A stretch of 64,000 nucleotides of DNA, taken from the human T2T-CHM13v2.0 reference genome, Homo sapiens. Positions 1-64,000 of this stretch are shown one piece after another. The position numbers and the translations under genes are program-made. The notes below the pieces were generated by a model. That model saw only the letters and a program-made list of their open reading frames with translations, made no database searches and was not told the origin of the DNA. The stretch is taken from contig CP086569.2 of the NCBI GenBank assembly GCA_009914755.4, positions 50,688,001 to 50,752,000 on the forward strand, in the 5' to 3' direction. Within the stretch, counting starts at the first letter, position 1. Each line of letters opens with the position of its first letter.

Positions 1-2650
<2,650 letters not shown>

Positions 2651-3219
2651 AGATCCATATTTTTTAAATGAAAAAAAATTTCAAAGGTACTCTGCTTGGT
2701 ACAATAATCAAATGTATAAACTGAGGAATAAAGCATAACCATGAAACCTACTTATAACTGCATATGGAAAATACAGAGGATAATTTTTTAAATAACATAT
2801 TTTGAAAGCCTTAACTAGTAATTTGAAGAGTTGGCATTTGAAAGGCCAGTATGAATATACCTTCAAAGCAGCAACACAGGTTCCCCATGAGAAAAAGCAA
2901 ACTCAGGGAAAATAAAAACACAAAGGTTCAATCTCTTCTGACCTTTGAAAGACACAGCACAGACAGTGGTCCTTAGGACGAAGAGCAGGAGACCCCTAAT
3001 TCCGTCACCATGGCGATAGGGCATAAACATTGCTGGGTGAGGGCACAATCCACATTGTGAGGTCCAACTGCTGCCAGGAAGACAGGAGTGCTTTTACATA
3101 GACCGAAAGGTCATTGAAGGCTCAGAGTTTTGTTTCAAGAACTGAATCCCAAGCCCACACGTTATTAGGCTGCGCTTCTTAAAACAAGTTATGAGATGGG
3201 AAAAAGGGCACCCACAAAC
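2651..3219. other. Non-Alu 'unique' segment of the unit (~570 bp, moderate GC, ~7 CpG); representative copy. The same segment sits at unit_start+292 to unit_start+860 in every unit
   Basis: agatccatattttttaaatgaaaaaaaatttcaaagg ... gggaaaaagggcacccacaaacatacgtatac. I recognise no repeat family or gene in it. It hosts the recurrent 61-aa and 71-aa minus-strand ORFs. Confidence 0.7.
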
Positions 3220-19281
<16,062 letters not shown>

Positions 19282-19573
19282 TTTTTTTTTAGACAGAATC
19301 TTGTCCTGTTGCACAGGGTGGGGTACAATGGCGCCATCTTTGCTCACTGCAACTTCTGCCTCACGGGTCCAAGCGATTGTCCTCCCTCAGTCTCCCAGGT
19401 AGCTGGGACTACACCACACTGGGACTACACCAGCTGCCACCATGCCTAGCTAATTTTTTGGATTTTTAGTAGTGACAGCCTTTCACTGTATTGGCCAGGA
19501 TGGTCTTGATCTCTTCACCTTGTGATCCCCTTGCCTTGGCCTCCAAATTTGCTGGGATTACAGGCCTGAGCCA
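19282..19573 (-). mobile_element. Alu SINE copy (antisense)
   Basis: Positional copy of the 2359-2650 Alu. Confidence 0.9.
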
Positions 19574-21694
19574 AGATCCATATTTTTTAAATGAAAAAAA
19601 ATTTCAAAGGTACTCTGCTTGGTACAATAATCAAATGCATAAACTGAGGAATAAAACATAACCATGAAACCTACTTATAACTGCATATGGAAAATACAGA
19701 GGATAATTTTTTAAATAACATATTTTGAAAGCCTTAACTAGTAATTTGAAGAGTTGGCATTTGAAAGGCCAGTATGAATATACCTTCAAAGCAGCAACAC
19801 AGGTTCCCCATGAGAAAAAGCAAACACAGGGAAAATAAAACCACAAAGGTTCAATCTCTTCTGACCTTTGAAAGACACAGCACAGACAGTGGTCCTTAGG
19901 ACGAAGAGCAGGAGACCCCTAATTCCGTCACCATGGCGATAGGGCATAAACATTGCTGGGTGAGGGCACAATCCACATTGTGAGGTCCAACTGCTGCCAG
20001 GAAGACAGGAGTGCTTTTACATAGACCGAAAGGTCATTGAAGGCTCAGAGTTTTGTTTCAAGAACTGAATCCCAAGCCCACACGTTATTAGGCTGCGCTT
20101 CTTAAAACAAGTTATGAGATGGGAAAAAGGGCACCCACAAACATACGTATACATTATGTATATAATAATATACAGTATCATATATATAATATATATAACC
20201 TATGTATAATATTGTTTTACATCCTGCATCTTATGTTATATATATTGTATAAAATATAATAATTGATAATATATAAGTTTTATAATTATACAATACGACA
20301 TATAGTATATATTATAATTTATGACATATATAATATATGTTATATATCATATATAGAATATATTATACGGTTAATATACGTATTAAATATAAATTATACA
20401 TTATATATATTATATATAATATATCTGTTATATATAATACCCATTATGCATAATATATATATTATGTCTATGTTATATATAGTATAAAACAACATATAAT
20501 AATATATAATTGTATATATAAAATGCGACATATAATATATATTATATTTTATAACATATGTAATATATATTATATATAATACGTTGTATGTATAATACCT
20601 ATATTAAATATATATTATATGACTATGTTATTAATTACATGTCACATGTGTTATATATTATATATTTTACATAGAATATACCGGTTATATACAATATATA
20701 CTATGTTACCTATAATGTATAATTTATTACATGTAAAATAAAGAATGCAATATATTATGTATAATTTATAATATACAATATGTGGAATGTGATATATATT
20801 ACATATAATATATGACATATGATATACAGTATATGATATATAACATACAATATATGATACCTAGTATATATGGTATACAATATATATTTTATGATATGTA
20901 TTCTATATGTTATATATTCTGTTATATATAACTGTTTGAAATTATATATAACTGTATAATATTTTATGTAAATATGTAATATAATATATATAACTATATA
21001 ATATATTATATATAACTATATATTATGTTATATATACTTTTATATCATAATTTACATAAAATGTCATAATATAATATATAATATATTATTTCATATTACA
21101 TAATATATATTACATATCACCCAATATAAGTAACATACATAATATTATAATATAGATTATATTATGTTATGTTAAATATCATATATATCATGTATCATAT
21201 ATTCTATAATATATATTATATATTATATAATATGTATGTTGTCTATTATGTGATATATATAAGTATATATAATTATATTATTATACATATAACTAGATAA
21301 ACATGTAATTCTACATATTTTCATTTATAATATATAGAATTATATAATCATATATAATTATTTATATTCTATAAAAAATTATATCATTATATAAATTATA
21401 ATATATAAAAATTATAATATGTACTACAAATATATATATATTATATATCATATATGATATAGTACCTTTGTTATATATCATAATACATATAAATGTGTAT
21501 TATGTTATCTATAATTATATAATTTCATATATAAGATGTATAATATGTATCATATATTATATATGTTATGTAATATATATAGTATATATAAGCTGACACA
21601 GGATAAATATTATATACTATGACATATAAAATATATGAGGTTATATGTTACATAGAAGGCATAGCACATAACATGTAATATATATCATATATAA
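19282..21694. repeat. Unit 8, subfamily A variant, 2413 bp
   Basis: A markers; private variants aaatgcataaac, aaaaccacaaagg and ctgtttgaaatt, shared with unit 23. Confidence 0.9.
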
Positions 21695-55572
<33,878 letters not shown>

Positions 55573-55864
55573 TTTTTTTTTAGGCAGAATCTTGTCCTGT
55601 TGCACAGGGTGGGGTACAATGGCGCCATCTTTGCTCACTGCAACTTCTGCCTCACGGGTCCAAGCGATTGTCCTCCCTCAGCCTCCCAGGTAGCTGGGAC
55701 TACACCACACTGGGACTACACCAGCTGCCACCATGCCTAGCTAATTTTTTGGATTTTTAGTAGTGACAGCCTTTCACTGTATTGGCCAGGATGGTCTTGA
55801 TCTCTTCACCTTGTGATCCCCTTGCCTTGGCCTCCAAATTTGCTGGGATTACAGGCCTGAGCCA
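55573..55864 (-). mobile_element. Alu SINE copy (antisense), A-type
   Basis: Positional copy of the 19282 Alu, apart from taggcagaatc and cagcctccc. Confidence 0.9.
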
Positions 55865-57985
55865 AGATCCATATTTTTTAAATGAAAAAAAATTTCAAAG
55901 GTACTCTGCTTGGTACAATAATCAAATGCATAAACTCAGGAATAAAACATAACCATGAAACCTACTTATAACTGCATATGGAAAATACAGAGGATAATTT
56001 TTTAAATAACATATTTTGAAAGCCTTAACTAGTAATTTGAAGAGTTGGCATTTGAAAGGCCAGTATGAATATACCTTCAAAGCAGCAACACAGGTTCCCC
56101 ATGAGAAAAAGCAAACACAGGGAAAATAAAACCACAAAGGTTCAATCTCTTCTGACCTTTGAAAGACACAGCACAGACAGTGGTCCTTAGGACGAAGAGC
56201 AGGAGACCCCTAATTCCGTCACCATGGCGATAGGGCATAAACATTGCTGGGTGAGGGCACAATCCACATTGTGAGGTCCAACTGCTGCCAGGAAGACAGG
56301 AGTGCTTTTACATAGACCGAAAGGTCATTGAAGGCTCAGAGTTTTGTTTCAAGAACTGAATCCCAAGCCCACACGTTATTAGGCTGCGCTTCTTAAAACA
56401 AGTTATGAGATGGGAAAAAGGGCACCCACAAACATACGTATACATTATGTATATAATAATATACAGTATCATATATATAATATATATAACCTATGTATAA
56501 TATTGTTTTACATCCTGCATCTTATGTTATATATATTGTATAAAATATAATAATTGATAATATATAAGTTTTATAATTATACAATACGACATATAGTATA
56601 TATTATAATTTATGACATATATAATATATGTTATATATCATATATAGAATATATTATACGGTTAATATACGTATTAAATATAAATTATACATTATATATA
56701 TTATATATAATATATCTGTTATATATAATACCCATTATGCATAATATATATATTATGTCTATGTTATATATAGTATAAAACAACATATAATAATATATAA
56801 TTGTATATATAAAATGCGACATATAATATATATTATATTTTATAACATATGTAATATATATTATATATAATACGTTGTATGTATAATACCTATATTAAAT
56901 ATATATTATATGACTATGTTATTAATTACATGTCACATGTGTTATATATTATATATTTTACATAGAATATACCGGTTATATACAATATATACTATGTTAC
57001 CTATAATGTATAATTTATTACATGTAAAATAAAGAATGCAATATATTATGTATAATTTATAATATACAATATGTGGAATGTGATATATATTACATATAAT
57101 ATATGATATATGATATACAGTATATGATATATAACATACAATATATGATACCTAGTATATATGGTATACAATATATATTTTATGATATGTATTCTATATG
57201 TTATATATTCTGTTATATATAACTGTTTGAAATTATATATAACTGTATAATATTTTATGTAAATATGTAATATAATATATATAACTATATAATATATTAT
57301 ATATAACTATATATTATGTTATATATACTTTTATATCATAATTTACATAAAATGTCATAATATAATATATAATATATTATTTCATATTACATAATATATA
57401 TTACATATCACCCAATATAAGTAACATACATAATATTATAATATAGATTATATTATGTTATGTTAAATATCATATATATCATGTATCATATATTCTATAA
57501 TATATATTATATATTATATAATATGTATGTTGTCTATTATGTGATATATATAAGTATATATAATTATATTATTATACATATAACTAGATAAACATGTAAT
57601 TCTACATATTTTCATTTATAATATATAGAATTATATAATCATATATAATTATTTATATTCTATAAAAAATTATATCATTATATAAATTATAATATATAAA
57701 AATTATAATATGTACTACAAATATATATATATTATATATCATATATGATATAGTACCTTTGTTATATATCATAATACATATAAATGTGTATTATGTTATC
57801 TATAATTATATAATTTCATATATAAGATGTATAATATGTATCATATATTATATATGTTATGTAATATATATAGTATATATAAGCTGACACAGGATAAATA
57901 TTATATACTATGACATATAAAATATATGAGGTTATATGTTACATAGAAGGCATAGCACATAACATGTAATATATATCATATATAA
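55573..57985. repeat. Unit 23, subfamily A variant, 2413 bp (copy of unit 8)
   Basis: Shares unit 8's private variants and its 2413-bp length; offset +36291. Confidence 0.9.

Positions 57986-64000
<6,015 letters not shown>

Noticed and set aside
2863-3048. 61-aa minus-strand ORF (MCPHPAMFMPYRHGDG...) recurring 27 times, and the overlapping 71-aa ORF (MCFYFPCVCFFSW...) at e.g. 291-506
   Set aside because: Both are short, overlap each other in different frames, and have no recognisable domain. Differences between copies are mostly nonsynonymous. The 71-aa frame is disrupted in every B-type unit. Their recurrence is simply a consequence of tandem repetition.

Overview
This window contains no prokaryotic genes or defence system. 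It is one primate, human-like tandem array of a composite repeat unit about 2.42 kb long, present as about 26.4 head-to-tail copies. Twenty-five copies are complete and the two at the window edges are truncated. I cannot place the array in a named macrosatellite family from memory.

Each unit is built the same way:
- an antisense Alu element of about 292 bp. Its poly-A tail is read as a 9-T run on the + strand at the unit start. Every copy carries the same 15-bp internal duplication and the same truncation at the Alu's 5' end.
- a segment of about 570 bp, unique and of moderate GC content, which I do not recognise.
- a TA-rich block of about 1.56 kb with complex low-complexity sequence.

The Alu places the locus in a primate genome. 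The six-frame track has no ORF longer than 74 aa. The only recurrent ORFs are 61-aa and 71-aa minus-strand frames inside the unique segment, plus Tyr/Ile-rich translations of the TA tracts. I treat all of these as non-coding.

The interesting content is in the array's architecture:
- Two unit subfamilies are arranged in domains: subfamily A (units 0-8 and 22-23), subfamily B (units 10-20 and 25-26), and transitional or mosaic units between them (9, 21, 24).
- A block of at least 11.9 kb (15780-27709) recurs at 52070-64000 with a constant offset of 36,291 bp, which is 15 units minus 9 bp. By eye the two copies are about 99.7% identical.
- A dimeric higher-order repeat of about 4.84 kb (B1/B2 alternation) runs through the B domain.
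- Subfamily-diagnostic differences are polarised at CpG sites.
- The array holds about 40 kb of TA-rich DNA, more than 90% A+T, including perfect inverted repeats. By analogy this resembles fragile-site and cruciform-prone sequence.

All coordinates and identity figures are by-eye estimates from the sequence.
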